This document shows positions 16,946-26,523 of a DNA stretch of 64,000 nt, in pieces. How positions within the stretch are numbered: the first letter of the stretch is position 1; each line of letters begins with the position of its first letter. Origin of the DNA: a virus. The position numbers and the translations under genes are program-made. The DNA is taken from positions 3,987-67,986 of IMG/VR virus record IMGVR_UViG_3300017963_000273. The stretch is one strand, 5' to 3'. The notes beneath the pieces are model-generated. The model was not told the DNA's origin. It saw only the letters and a program-made list of their open reading frames with translations, and searched no databases.

Positions 16946-17394
16946 CTAATAAGTATTCCGTTGCAAAAATAGTTATTGTTGTATACGGGAAACACCTTAT
17001 GAACTATATCGTCATCAGCAATTGTTACTGGAGTAACAGAAACTAGTTTATTAAGACGATCATCTTCATCAATTAAAAGGTGATTCTTTTTAAGTTTATT
17101 TGGAGAAACGAATCCACTCCAATTAGTTGTAGTTGCAAAAATCTGAGTACTTGTAGAACAAATAATTTTTCGTTCCTGTTCAAGATGATTTCTAACAACA
17201 ACTTCATAAAAAGATTCGTCAGAGTTAGCGGTTAATTTGATTTCATCAATCAATGAGAAACTATAATTCTCATGACCATGATGATTCATTGAAAGGATTT
17301 GATAGGTTTTCATTTTATCGACAGCATCACTAATTTTCATTGTTTTGATGTTGCCCTTGCGATCTTTTACCATGATTTTTCCATTCAAAACCAT
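16942..17394 (-). CDS. Stand-alone Hint (intein-like) domain protein
   Basis: Intein-like blocks: KISD..ILS, IICSTSTQIF, C-terminal NNYFCNGILI. Confidence 0.7.
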   Translation of the reverse strand: MVLNGKIMVKDRKGNIKTMKISDAVDKMKTYQILSMNHHGHENYSFSLIDEIKLTANSDESFYEVVVRNHLEQERKIICSTSTQIFATTTNWSGFVSPNKLKKNHLLIDEDDRLNKLVSVTPVTIADDDIVHKVFPVYNNNYFCNGILIR

Positions 17395-17409
17395 TGTATA
17401 CCTCTTGTG

Positions 17410-17973
17410 TTATGTAATTCCATGGGTCCTGAGTTGAATTTTCATCTCATTATTAAGATAATCAGGAATCTCAAAAAGTAAACTATCATGGTAAATTTTA
17501 TTTCCATCACAAAGTATCTTAAAACTTTGATCATTAGACGATAAAAAAGAACTTCCAATTATATGAGTAGCCGATTCTTCAATATCTAATGTATCCATAA
17601 CATTACTACCAATAGTCTTGTAATTCTTATTTTTAAGAACCATATTCCATTGATTGTCGATCATTGCATCAAGTTTTGTTTGATGTACAAGAACTGTTTC
17701 ATCATTAACAAAATACTTTGGAGGTAAAATATTAGAAGATTTTCTCCAATTAAGTGCGGGGCGACATGTATTATAGAAAATTACAACTTGACCACTATGT
17801 TTATAAGAATAAACTTCTTCATTAATATAGTGATTAAACATCTGAGTTATTTTTCTAGTAATGTTAACCGTTAGATTTCCTTTACGATCAATATGGTCAA
17901 CAGATTCATCTAAAATATATAGAAAAGCATTTGAGCAAACGTCAATAAAATTAACTAATCTAATATATTGCAT
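17410..17973 (-). CDS. Hypothetical protein
   Basis: ORF with GGAGG RBS within the operon. Confidence 0.7.
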   Translation of the reverse strand: MQYIRLVNFIDVCSNAFLYILDESVDHIDRKGNLTVNITRKITQMFNHYINEEVYSYKHSGQVVIFYNTCRPALNWRKSSNILPPKYFVNDETVLVHQTKLDAMIDNQWNMVLKNKNYKTIGSNVMDTLDIEESATHIIGSSFLSSNDQSFKILCDGNKIYHDSLLFEIPDYLNNEMKIQLRTHGIT

Positions 17974-18497
17974 GTTTCCTCCTTCAAAATTTCAGGTGTT
18001 ATAATTTTTAAGAAGGTATCCAGATCATATGTGTATAAATCTGGTAAATTTTCATATCTTAAATGAATCATTGGTTCTGCTGATAGATATTTTTCAAGTT
18101 TATGATGTAACGCAAAGGATGTACCAATCCAGGCTTTGGTTCTATCTTTTTTAAATACAAGAATTGGAATTTTGGAATGTTTTGTTGCATCTTCAGTACA
18201 TTGTTTCCAAAAGTCACGGATACAATTACCTTTAACACCGGTAAGATGTTTATCAAAAGATGCACCGCCATAACCACATTTAGCTTCAAATGAAAATATC
18301 TTCATCCACGAAACATCTTCATTAAGTGGCATAATATCTCCAGAAAGATCGGGATTTCCACCTGACATAGTAGGAATTCCACCGCTTGCCGCAGTTCTAT
18401 AGAACCAATAGTCCTTATCTTGACCAGATGCCCATTTAGTTAGAATTTTTGAAAGTGCTCTTTCATATCCTGAGCCTTTACGTTTTCCATTTGTCAT
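17955..18497 (-). CDS. PD-(D/E)XK nuclease, Holliday-junction resolvase-like
   Basis: KRKGSGYER, R..ASGG, GDI, FEAK, FWKQC..DA, PILVFK. Confidence 0.85.
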   Translation of the reverse strand: MTNGKRKGSGYERALSKILTKWASGQDKDYWFYRTAASGGIPTMSGGNPDLSGDIMPLNEDVSWMKIFSFEAKCGYGGASFDKHLTGVKGNCIRDFWKQCTEDATKHSKIPILVFKKDRTKAWIGTSFALHHKLEKYLSAEPMIHLRYENLPDLYTYDLDTFLKIITPEILKEETCNILD

Positions 18498-19465
18498 AAA
18501 CTATGAATGCCTGTTTCAACTATTTCAACGTGTTGACTTATTGAAGTTTCATCAACTTCAATAACCACAATTTTTTCGTTAAGAATTTCCTCAACGTCAT
18601 GTCGTATTGATTCAGGTATTAATCTAAAATCAATAATCTGTTTGTTAATTTCAAATTGTTGACGAGCTTCTGGATATTCATTAAATTTCTTTTCAAGTAA
18701 TCCAGGTTCATCCATAAATCGTAAACATGTTTTTTGACCAAATCCACGACCCAAATCTTTATCTCCACGTGTTTTAACAAAACAGCTTGGAATTTCATCA
18801 GATCCGTCGCCAATAAGAATCTTAAATTGAAGATCTCTTTCAGGAGATCCCAAAGATTTATCTTTCAAAATATTTTCTTGGATTGTACTGATAATACAAT
18901 TATCATCAATAAGTTGCAAGAAGTCATGATCACATGTTATTATAACAATTTTAATAGTTGGATTCTTATCTCTAATATACTGTTTTGAAATAGCAATAAT
19001 ATCATCACCTTCAGCGATTGGATACTCAACCATGACTCCCATACCATCACTTATAAGCTTAGGTAATAGAACTTCTTTTACATATTCAAAGAGTGGACCA
19101 CGATTAAGCCCTTCAGGTTCTGCAGGACCTTGAATACGATTCAATTTATAAGAATCGAAAAATGATCTTCTCCAAATATCAATTTTTCTACAATCCATAG
19201 CAAATACCACATTTTCTTTATGAAGACGATATTTCTTCAGGAATTTGTTAATTGTGCTTATGAAGTTTCTATTGAAGATTGCCATGAAGTCTTCATCTTC
19301 AGAAAAATTAATCTTCCAGACGTCTTTTGGATCGTCTGGAAGATCGAAGTGGTCTGAATAAATCTTAATTGTTCTAAACGCAATTGTGTGAACAAGATAA
19401 GACGTATCCATTAATAGATAACCGTCATCGGTAAATGACTTTACAAGACCTTTCATTAGTCCCAT
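18494..19465 (-). CDS. rnh: 5'-3' exonuclease / T4 RNase H
   Basis: WRR.FF..YK.NR, EGDDIIA, DHDFLQL, KILIGDGSDEIP. Confidence 0.9.
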   Translation of the reverse strand: MGLMKGLVKSFTDDGYLLMDTSYLVHTIAFRTIKIYSDHFDLPDDPKDVWKINFSEDEDFMAIFNRNFISTINKFLKKYRLHKENVVFAMDCRKIDIWRRSFFDSYKLNRIQGPAEPEGLNRGPLFEYVKEVLLPKLISDGMGVMVEYPIAEGDDIIAISKQYIRDKNPTIKIVIITCDHDFLQLIDDNCIISTIQENILKDKSLGSPERDLQFKILIGDGSDEIPSCFVKTRGDKDLGRGFGQKTCLRFMDEPGLLEKKFNEYPEARQQFEINKQIIDFRLIPESIRHDVEEILNEKIVVIEVDETSISQHVEIVETGIHSL

Positions 19466-19552
19466 TTGATTTTTCTCTCTTTTTGATTGTTTTGAAGTTA
19501 TAACTCTTCCACAATTAAAGATAAATCAAATTTTTACAATGTAAACTGTCAA

Positions 19553-19756
19553 CTAAAAAATATTTTCAGTATATTCACCACACCAATCCGATTCAGGAAA
19601 TGCAGGAACGGCATATTTAGAAACAACAATGTTCTTTTTCTTATTACCGTCGGTCTTGTCCTCTATTGTTATAGTGATCGGAGTTGGTGGATACCGTCTG
19701 CAAAAGCCTGTACGAGGCTCAAAAAATTTGCAGTTTTTACAAACTTTATCGTTCAT
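19553..19756 (-). CDS. Small Cys-rich protein
   Basis: CKNCKFF..CRRYPP..DWCGEY. Confidence 0.75.
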   Translation of the reverse strand: MNDKVCKNCKFFEPRTGFCRRYPPTPITITIEDKTDGNKKKNIVVSKYAVPAFPESDWCGEYTENIF

Positions 19757-19777
19757 TATTCTCTATCTTTTTAGTTA

Positions 19778-20521
19778 CTAAAGTTCTGGGAACTCATCTT
19801 TAATGGTCTGTTCAAGATCATCGCCTTTAAGTTCAAGTGCCCAACTTACTACGTTCTTAAGATTTTCTTTTGGACCAGTTACGGTAAATTCAATCTCACG
19901 ACCAAAGTTAGTTTTGGTAAAGTTGTTAGCTTCAACTTTATATTTCTTAGCAATTGCTTCAATATCACCAATTTCAGTTTTGAAAACAGAAAGACTAATT
20001 GTAGGTTTATCGCTATTGGATGCTTCTACTTCTTCGTCTTCTACTTCTTCGTCTTCTACAGGTTCTTCTGCTGGTGGTTCTTCTACTGGGGGTTCTTCAA
20101 GAGCAGGTGGTTCTTCTACAGGACCTTCTACTTCTTCTTCTTCAGCTTCAGTAATAACAGACATATAAGCAGAAACAATACTATTATCTACTTCGTTATG
20201 TTCGTTAAGTGGTTCTTCTCTCTGTTGAATAAGGAATACACCTTCATCACCATAAGTGAATACACCAGTTCTGCCCCATGCATCTTTAACTGCAACCCAC
20301 GTGAAACCTTCCATATTGTGGTTTTCATTAATAGTTGTTGCTAATTTACTAGTATCGAATTTGCTAACATCTTCGAACTTCTTAGAAAAAGCTAGTACTT
20401 CAAAACGCTCGCCGTTTTTATTTTCTACTAACTTACCATTTTCAAGCTGATCTACTTCTTTAGATCTTTCGCTGATAATTTCATTATAAGCTTCAAGAAT
20501 AGCTGCTTTTGTGCTTTTCAT
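19778..20521 (-). CDS. Acidic putative prohead-core/internal protein
   Basis: Multiple L/I-x-E sites; EEPP repeats; AGGAG RBS. Confidence 0.6.
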   Translation of the reverse strand: MKSTKAAILEAYNEIISERSKEVDQLENGKLVENKNGERFEVLAFSKKFEDVSKFDTSKLATTINENHNMEGFTWVAVKDAWGRTGVFTYGDEGVFLIQQREEPLNEHNEVDNSIVSAYMSVITEAEEEEVEGPVEEPPALEEPPVEEPPAEEPVEDEEVEDEEVEASNSDKPTISLSVFKTEIGDIEAIAKKYKVEANNFTKTNFGREIEFTVTGPKENLKNVVSWALELKGDDLEQTIKDEFPEL

Positions 20522-20567
20522 TGCATATGCTCCTTGTTATTTAAAAGATATCTTCTTGTTTTATTTA

Positions 20568-21080
20568 TTATTGTAGGCCGGTAAAACTCATCAAACCGTA
20601 TCTAAATCTAAAATCATGTTCAATTTCACGTTGTCCACGTTGATAACTAAGTGCAAGTCTTCCAACATTTGAAAGCCAACATCCTTCGAAATCAACAGAA
20701 AACATAGGTTGTCTATATTCACTTAAGATATAAACAGACATATTAACTAACACACTGCTTAGTTCTTCTTCATAACCGTGACAATCATTAGCTAACATTG
20801 AATACCATTTATCTAGAAAACGATATTGATGCCAATCACTCGACAGCATATATTTAACTGTTACAATTTTATCATCTTCTCTAACACCAGTAGGGAGAGG
20901 AAAAGTTCTACCTCTTATAGGCATACTTGCTGAAAGAATCTCTCTTTCTGGTATATCAATCGATGTAAGATTGAAAGTTAAATTGTCAATACCGGCTGAC
21001 GGATCAATTTGTTTAAATGGAATAACTAGAATCCATTTATTACCAGTACTGAGATTATATGCTGACGAAATTAGTGGCAT
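20568..21080 (-). CDS. Tail tube-fold protein (gp3 tail terminator-like)
   Basis: SIDIP..Y.FLDKW..FEGCWLSNVGRL..FRY. Confidence 0.65.
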   Translation of the reverse strand: MPLISSAYNLSTGNKWILVIPFKQIDPSAGIDNLTFNLTSIDIPEREILSASMPIRGRTFPLPTGVREDDKIVTVKYMLSSDWHQYRFLDKWYSMLANDCHGYEEELSSVLVNMSVYILSEYRQPMFSVDFEGCWLSNVGRLALSYQRGQREIEHDFRFRYGLMSFTGLQ

Positions 21081-21338
21081 TTATTGTACCTTAAGTACCT
21101 TGAAAGCTATACCTTTAAGTCCAAGAACAAGCATATCTTCTGAAGTACTAATCACTTCTCCACCAGCAGCTTTAATAGCTTCAATAATTACATCAGCTTC
21201 TTGCTGATTAAATGGTGGTAGAAAATTCTGCTGTGTTCCAACAGTCGTAAATCCTGCAGTGCCAAGTGCTTCTGCGAACTGTCCCTTACCAAACGGGGAC
21301 GACATTGCGCCTTTTGGAGGCAAATTACCATTGCTCAT
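21081..21338 (-). CDS. Hypothetical protein
   Basis: AAGGAG RBS after late promoter 21379. Confidence 0.65.
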   Translation of the reverse strand: MSNGNLPPKGAMSSPFGKGQFAEALGTAGFTTVGTQQNFLPPFNQQEADVIIEAIKAAGGEVISTSEDMLVLGLKGIAFKVLKVQ

Positions 21339-21399
21339 TTCTCAATCTCCTTTGTTTTAATTAAAAAATGTTCTATTATATTTATAAGGAAAAGCGATA

Positions 21400-22497
21400 T
21401 TAATCAATATCGTATCCACCATAGACGTCATCGCTATTGATACCATCATAATCATCAATAGCATCTTCACTATAATCAAAAATATCGTTAGATGAATCTT
21501 CAATCCATTCATTATTTTCATATTTTTCATTAGTGAATTCTTCTTCTTTGCGACCATCAGTTCCGTCAAGTGAAGAATCAATATTATTCGATGCTCCAAT
21601 AACATCTTCATAAGATGGATCTCTTCTAACGCATGTCATTTGCCATACATATTTACTTAAAAGAGGATTTAAACCATCTATTTGTAGATTTCTATCAATA
21701 ACCTTTGTTATTTCATATTCTTCATGGTTTTCATCATGAAAATCTAATCTAAAGAAGTCACCAGCTTTTGGTGCAATATTCCAATTTGGTCCACCACCAT
21801 CAACAGTTGATGTTTCAATATGATAACCAAGAATACCTTCTGCTGAACCAGATACTTCTCCATTTAATGTATTATCTAATGTAGTTGACCAAGATCCACT
21901 AAGTGTTCCATAAGTATTTCGATCATCGTAAGATTCAGTTTTATAAACATAATCGTTATAAAGTCTTGGATTTCTTACAAATGGTTGATCAAATGTTCCA
22001 CTTAAATAGCCGCTAGTATTACCAGAAATTGTATCAATAACCCAACCATCAAGTATTGAATTTGATACAGATCCACTAACATAACCAGTTCCAGAAGTCA
22101 TCGCTCCAATAAGAGATGTTACAAAGTTTGCTGATGTTGTAGTACCAACAAGATCTCTAAATTGCTCAGTAAAATCATCAATTAAAATAAATGCTTCCAT
22201 GTCTCCATCAGTTTCAAAACCAAACTTATTAAGAAGTTCGATATCACCTTTGGATTCCATGTAAATAACTACATGAGCTGAAAGCCAGAATGATTTTGCA
22301 GGTTGTTCTCCGTAAATATAATCAAAATCAGTACCTGAAAGCTGATAGGCGTCAACGTTATGTCTAAAATAAGACGCGTCAACACCATACGAATGTATCA
22401 ATTCCCTAAAATAATTACGTTGTAATTGTTGTTCAGGTTCAAGAATTCTTCGATTAGCATATCGGAGACTAGTTATTGTTCCTGGATGTTTTGCCAT
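21400..22497 (-). CDS. Neck protein gp14-like with Gly/Ser/Thr-rich insertion
   Basis: ELIHSYGVDASY, YGE, LLNKFG, PKAGD, YEIT; follows gp13. Confidence 0.75.
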   Translation of the reverse strand: MAKHPGTITSLRYANRRILEPEQQLQRNYFRELIHSYGVDASYFRHNVDAYQLSGTDFDYIYGEQPAKSFWLSAHVVIYMESKGDIELLNKFGFETDGDMEAFILIDDFTEQFRDLVGTTTSANFVTSLIGAMTSGTGYVSGSVSNSILDGWVIDTISGNTSGYLSGTFDQPFVRNPRLYNDYVYKTESYDDRNTYGTLSGSWSTTLDNTLNGEVSGSAEGILGYHIETSTVDGGGPNWNIAPKAGDFFRLDFHDENHEEYEITKVIDRNLQIDGLNPLLSKYVWQMTCVRRDPSYEDVIGASNNIDSSLDGTDGRKEEEFTNEKYENNEWIEDSSNDIFDYSEDAIDDYDGINSDDVYGGYDID

Positions 22498-23003
22498 TTT
22501 TCTTGTAAGTATCTTTGATAAATTTTATTTGCACAAATAATAGGTCTAATATTATACTTTTGACATCTTTCTAAAATTATTTCTCCATAATCAGAATTAA
22601 GCATTTTATATGCGTCTATTAATGATTCTTCAAAATAACTAAAAAATTCTTTAAGGTAATCAAGACGATTAATATCACAAGTAATTTTTTCAAGTTCTGT
22701 TAAAACTCTACCTTCATAAGTATCAACATAACGTTCTTTAATTTCAGAATTATCTACAGCGTTTTCATCTTCAGGTTCTGGTTCATTAATTTTCTTAATA
22801 TTATCAGCACGTTCTTTTTCAGTATCACGTTCTTTCTTTTCATCGTCTTTTTCATCTCGATCATCATCTAATTGATCTTCAACTGCATCATTTCTTCTCA
22901 TTGCTCTTCCGACAGCAAGTTTACCAGTAAATCCATAAGGATCATTTTTTTCAGAACCAGCATTGAAAGGATATATTCCTTCTTTTAGTCTATCGTATTT
23001 CAT
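22473..23003 (-). CDS. Hypothetical protein between neck genes
   Basis: ORF; N-terminus MKYDRLKE. Confidence 0.65.
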   Translation of the reverse strand: MKYDRLKEGIYPFNAGSEKNDPYGFTGKLAVGRAMRRNDAVEDQLDDDRDEKDDEKKERDTEKERADNIKKINEPEPEDENAVDNSEIKERYVDTYEGRVLTELEKITCDINRLDYLKEFFSYFEESLIDAYKMLNSDYGEIILERCQKYNIRPIICANKIYQRYLQEKWQNIQEQ

Positions 23004-23006
23004 ATT

Positions 23007-23759
23007 TTACCCCATAAAGAATTTTGTAAATGTGTAAGTAGACTTGAGTTCATCAAGTAATGCTTGCTTTTCGGCAAGACCTTCTTCCTTAACTGTTGCA
23101 TTAATAAGACCACCGCCAAGTAATTGAGTGCTATTATATTTTGCTCTCACATAACCGATGACTTCTTTTGCACATGCTAACGCGTATCGTTTAACCCAGC
23201 TTTCTCCATATTGTTGATCATCTGGACGAATAGTGTTAACACCAACACAAATATAACCTTTCATATTTGTTTCAGTTGGATCAGGAATTAATGTTAGTAG
23301 TTGTTCACGTTCATTGAATTCAAAGTAGAATTTAGCAGCAGTTAGTCGATTAATCATATCTACATATGACATTGCAGCTTCAAAATCAACCCAGCTTCCC
23401 ATACTGCTTGACCATGGAACTGGAAACATACCAGCGTTCCACATAGTATTTTTTACACTAAATAATACATTAATACCACCAGTAACATCCCCATAAATTG
23501 TACTTTCTTCAAGCGCAAAAACGGAAGTAACATTACCATCAAGCGTAAATCCACTTGTTGAATATTCTTCAAGATCGAGACCGATATATCCAACTTCTTG
23601 AGTTACATATTTTGTAAACTCTTCAACTGCATCGTTAATACAGTCAGTTAAAGTATCTTCGGTAATCTCAACTTGAACAAGTGGATATCCCAATTTTCTC
23701 ATGATCCAGTCTTTAATATCATCTTCAGACTGTACGCTAAAATTTAGATAATTACTCAT
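23007..23759 (-). CDS. Neck protein gp13-like
   Basis: IKDWIMRKLGYPLVQVEIT, WVKRYALACAK..G.VRAKY..LLGG, FFMG. Confidence 0.92.
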   Translation of the reverse strand: MSNYLNFSVQSEDDIKDWIMRKLGYPLVQVEITEDTLTDCINDAVEEFTKYVTQEVGYIGLDLEEYSTSGFTLDGNVTSVFALEESTIYGDVTGGINVLFSVKNTMWNAGMFPVPWSSSMGSWVDFEAAMSYVDMINRLTAAKFYFEFNEREQLLTLIPDPTETNMKGYICVGVNTIRPDDQQYGESWVKRYALACAKEVIGYVRAKYNSTQLLGGGLINATVKEEGLAEKQALLDELKSTYTFTKFFMG

Positions 23760-23791
23760 TGTCTTTTTTACCTTTTTAAATATTTATAATA

Positions 23792-24271
23792 CTAAAGAGC
23801 ATTAGGCAGACTTATTAGAGGCTCATCATAATATGAATTAATTAGTTTTTCAAGATCGGAATTAATTAATTCGTTAGTAAGAGTTTCACCAATTCCAATT
23901 AATCTTTTAGTCCAACGACTTGTTTCTCCTCCAATTTCTATTATATATACAAGACTTTTCTCAGGTGAATTATAATCAAAACTAATTACTATACTTATTG
24001 GAATAGATTTTTTAATGGGATGTGTAGGAATCATGATTTCAATTGAATTATAATCTTTCTTTTCATACATTTTCATATATTCTGGAACGTTTAATTTGGT
24101 TCCAACTAATTTAAATGCACCATATGCATCACGATAATTATCTTCAGTTATGTCTAATTCGAATTCATCTACATGAAGTTTTTTAAGTTTATTCAACCAT
24201 GAACCAAACATTTTATCTATCTCTGCTTTTTTATTAATTTTAAAAGCTTCCATCAATTTTTTAAATTTCAT
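23792..24271 (-). CDS. EAFK-family putative internal head protein
   Basis: MKFKKLME-AFK. Confidence 0.7.
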   Translation of the reverse strand: MKFKKLMEAFKINKKAEIDKMFGSWLNKLKKLHVDEFELDITEDNYRDAYGAFKLVGTKLNVPEYMKMYEKKDYNSIEIMIPTHPIKKSIPISIVISFDYNSPEKSLVYIIEIGGETSRWTKRLIGIGETLTNELINSDLEKLINSYYDEPLISLPNAL

Positions 24272-24342
24272 AAACTTCTCCTAAAAAGTTAGTTTACTTT
24301 TTCCTTTTCATGATTATTTATTTCAAACGAAGGAGTTTTTAA

Positions 24343-24465
24343 ATGGGAAAAGGCAGTAAGCCAAGACCTGTAGATAAGAAGAGATTTGATAGTAATTATG
24401 ATAAGATCTTTGGAAAGAAACAGGTTGATAAGAAAAACAAAGAAAAACGAGAGGAAAAACGGTAA
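24343..24465 (+). CDS. 40-aa basic protein MGKGSKPRPVDKKRFDSNYDKIFGKK (not in ORF track)
   Basis: AAGGAG RBS after GTTTAC promoter 24292; stop overlaps the next ATG (TAATG). Confidence 0.75.
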   Translation: MGKGSKPRPVDKKRFDSNYDKIFGKKQVDKKNKEKREEKR

Positions 24466-25370
24466 TGTCTCATGATATTCCTGTACTTAATGTTCGTGGT
24501 AAAAGTTTAGCAGAAGCATATGAAAATGCTCTTATTGAACTTAATGAAAATGGCCGCAGAATCAGCACACAATATGATAAACCTGGAGATCCACTAAGTG
24601 TTGATGCAACAATGAATCTTACAATTGAAGATCCATTGGCAGAACCAATGATTCATAAAGCATTTCCTGGCGGTATTGAAGATTTACGTGAATATGTATA
24701 CGAACTTCAAGGTGCTAAAGATAATTGGGTTAAAAACATAAATGATCCTAATGATACTCGCTGGGAATATACCTATCATGGTCGTTTGAAGAATTATGGT
24801 ACTTGGAAAGAAATTTGTGGTGGTCTAATGCCACAATCATCTACTTGTGGTGATTTTGAGGTTGATCAAATTGAAGCTGTTATTCAGAAACTTTGTGATC
24901 AACCATATACTCGTCAAGCTCAAATGATTACTTGGATGCCAAATCTTGATATGGATTGTTATGATCCTCCATGTCTTCAGTCGCTTTGGTATCGTATTAC
25001 CGAAGATGAGGATGGTGTTCAATATCTAAATTGTAATGTACGTTTTCGAAGTAACGATGCATGGGGTGCAAACTTCATGAATATGTTTGGCTTCATTATG
25101 TTTAACAAAGAAGTTATTGCAGATGAAGTTGCGAAACGAACTGGTAAAGAAGTTCGTCTTGGACGTCTAAATTGGCAAGCTGATTCATATCATATTTATG
25201 GTAAAGATGTTACAAACGCACAAGCATTGCTTTTTAACCGTCTTGATAAAACTACTTTTGAACAACGTGTATTTGAATTTACTGATGAAATGATTCAAGA
25301 TATGTATAATGAAGCAGAATCAATGATTTTACAAAAAATTGCAGATCAAAATGCTAAAATGGAGAATTAA
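24465..25370 (+). CDS. Thymidylate synthase-family enzyme (archaeal-like/divergent)
   Basis: YTYHGRL, TRQA, DPPCLQ (catalytic Cys), FRSND..GANFMN, SYHIY. Confidence 0.88.
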   Translation: MSHDIPVLNVRGKSLAEAYENALIELNENGRRISTQYDKPGDPLSVDATMNLTIEDPLAEPMIHKAFPGGIEDLREYVYELQGAKDNWVKNINDPNDTRWEYTYHGRLKNYGTWKEICGGLMPQSSTCGDFEVDQIEAVIQKLCDQPYTRQAQMITWMPNLDMDCYDPPCLQSLWYRITEDEDGVQYLNCNVRFRSNDAWGANFMNMFGFIMFNKEVIADEVAKRTGKEVRLGRLNWQADSYHIYGKDVTNAQALLFNRLDKTTFEQRVFEFTDEMIQDMYNEAESMILQKIADQNAKMEN

Positions 25371-25372
25371 TA

Positions 25373-25624
25373 ATGGCTAAGAAAAACGAACGAAAAGAAG
25401 AGATGGTTGACCATCCTAAACATTATAATTCTCATCCGGCTAATATTGAATGTATTGATGTTGTCGAACCTATGTCATTCAACATTGGAAATGCGATTAA
25501 GTATCTATGGCGCAACGGCCTCAAAAAGGAAGAAGGGCTTGAAGATACTTCTAAACAAATCGAAGATTTAAATAAAGCGATTTGGTATGTTAATCGTGAA
25601 ATAGAACGTCTCTCAAAGAAGTAA
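25373..25624 (+). CDS. DUF3310 (SaV-like) protein
   Basis: VDHPKHY..IECID..FNIGNAIKYLWR..K..EDLNKAIWY. Confidence 0.9.
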   Translation: MAKKNERKEEMVDHPKHYNSHPANIECIDVVEPMSFNIGNAIKYLWRNGLKKEEGLEDTSKQIEDLNKAIWYVNREIERLSKK

Positions 25625-25645
25625 AAACTTCTCCTCTCGCATATT

Positions 25646-25671
25646 AGGCAGCCTTTATGGCTGCCTTTTTT
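25646..25671 (+). terminator. Intrinsic terminator between convergent genes
   Basis: AGGCAGCC-TTTAT-GGCTGCCT followed by a T run. Confidence 0.85.
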
Positions 25672-25676
25672 ATTGC

Positions 25677-26513
25677 TTAATCTTCGTTATCATCGATCCA
25701 ATAACCTTCAGGATCATGGGTTGTTGGTTCAATACCTTGATTTATAGCTGATGATATTCTTAATAACATAAAACCTGCAGGAATTTTTGAATAATTTTTA
25801 TAATAAGTATTTAACATATTAACAAGTTTTTCAAATTCGTCAGGAATTTTTTTCCATGATGTATCACCTTGAGATAAATCATCTATGATATTTACTAAAA
25901 AATTATTAAGTTTTTTTCCAAAATCTTTTCTTTCATCTTTCGGTTGATCTGCAACAAGCTTAGTTATATAATCTGTAATTAAATCTATTTCAACAGCAGC
26001 TTGAACTGGTTTTTCAGTTTTTCTGCCAGTCCGTTTATTAATAGCATCAGTAAGTTTTGATGTAATATTTTCAGGTGTTACAAGACTTCCACCAGCTTTT
26101 TTTCCATTAATAGAATATGATATTTTTGAATGTTTTGAATTTACTATAAGTTCAACAACAATTTTATCACCTTCATATTCAAAACTAATTATAGTTTTTA
26201 TACCGTCAGTTGTGGTATCTATATCAGATTGTTTAACATCGGAAAAATCGCGCTTTAATATCTGAATAAATGAATTTATCAATTGATCATTTTCTTTGTC
26301 TTTAATTTTATTAGATATTTTGTAAATATCTTCAATACGAAGATCATCTATTAAAGAATTAACAATAGATCTTGCATTTTGGATAGTTATATCACCACCT
26401 AAAATATCAACTAAATCTTGAGGATCAACTTTTGATAAATTTTTCTTAACATTAGCTCTAATTTGGTCTTCTTTAGCTTCTATAAGAAGATTGAAAAATT
26501 TCTTAAATTTCAT
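25677..26513 (-). CDS. Putative internal head protein; start re-set to MKFKKFFNLLIE
   Basis: AAGGA RBS; N-terminal domain paralogous to 41429..42028. Confidence 0.7.
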   Translation of the reverse strand: MKFKKFFNLLIEAKEDQIRANVKKNLSKVDPQDLVDILGGDITIQNARSIVNSLIDDLRIEDIYKISNKIKDKENDQLINSFIQILKRDFSDVKQSDIDTTTDGIKTIISFEYEGDKIVVELIVNSKHSKISYSINGKKAGGSLVTPENITSKLTDAINKRTGRKTEKPVQAAVEIDLITDYITKLVADQPKDERKDFGKKLNNFLVNIIDDLSQGDTSWKKIPDEFEKLVNMLNTYYKNYSKIPAGFMLLRISSAINQGIEPTTHDPEGYWIDDNED

Positions 26514-26523
26514 TTTATTTCCT

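Noticed and set aside
20030-20145. TTCTTC/TTCTAC tandem repeats as a CRISPR or DNA repeat element
   Set aside because: They simply encode the low-complexity EEPP/EDEEVE linker of 19778..20521.
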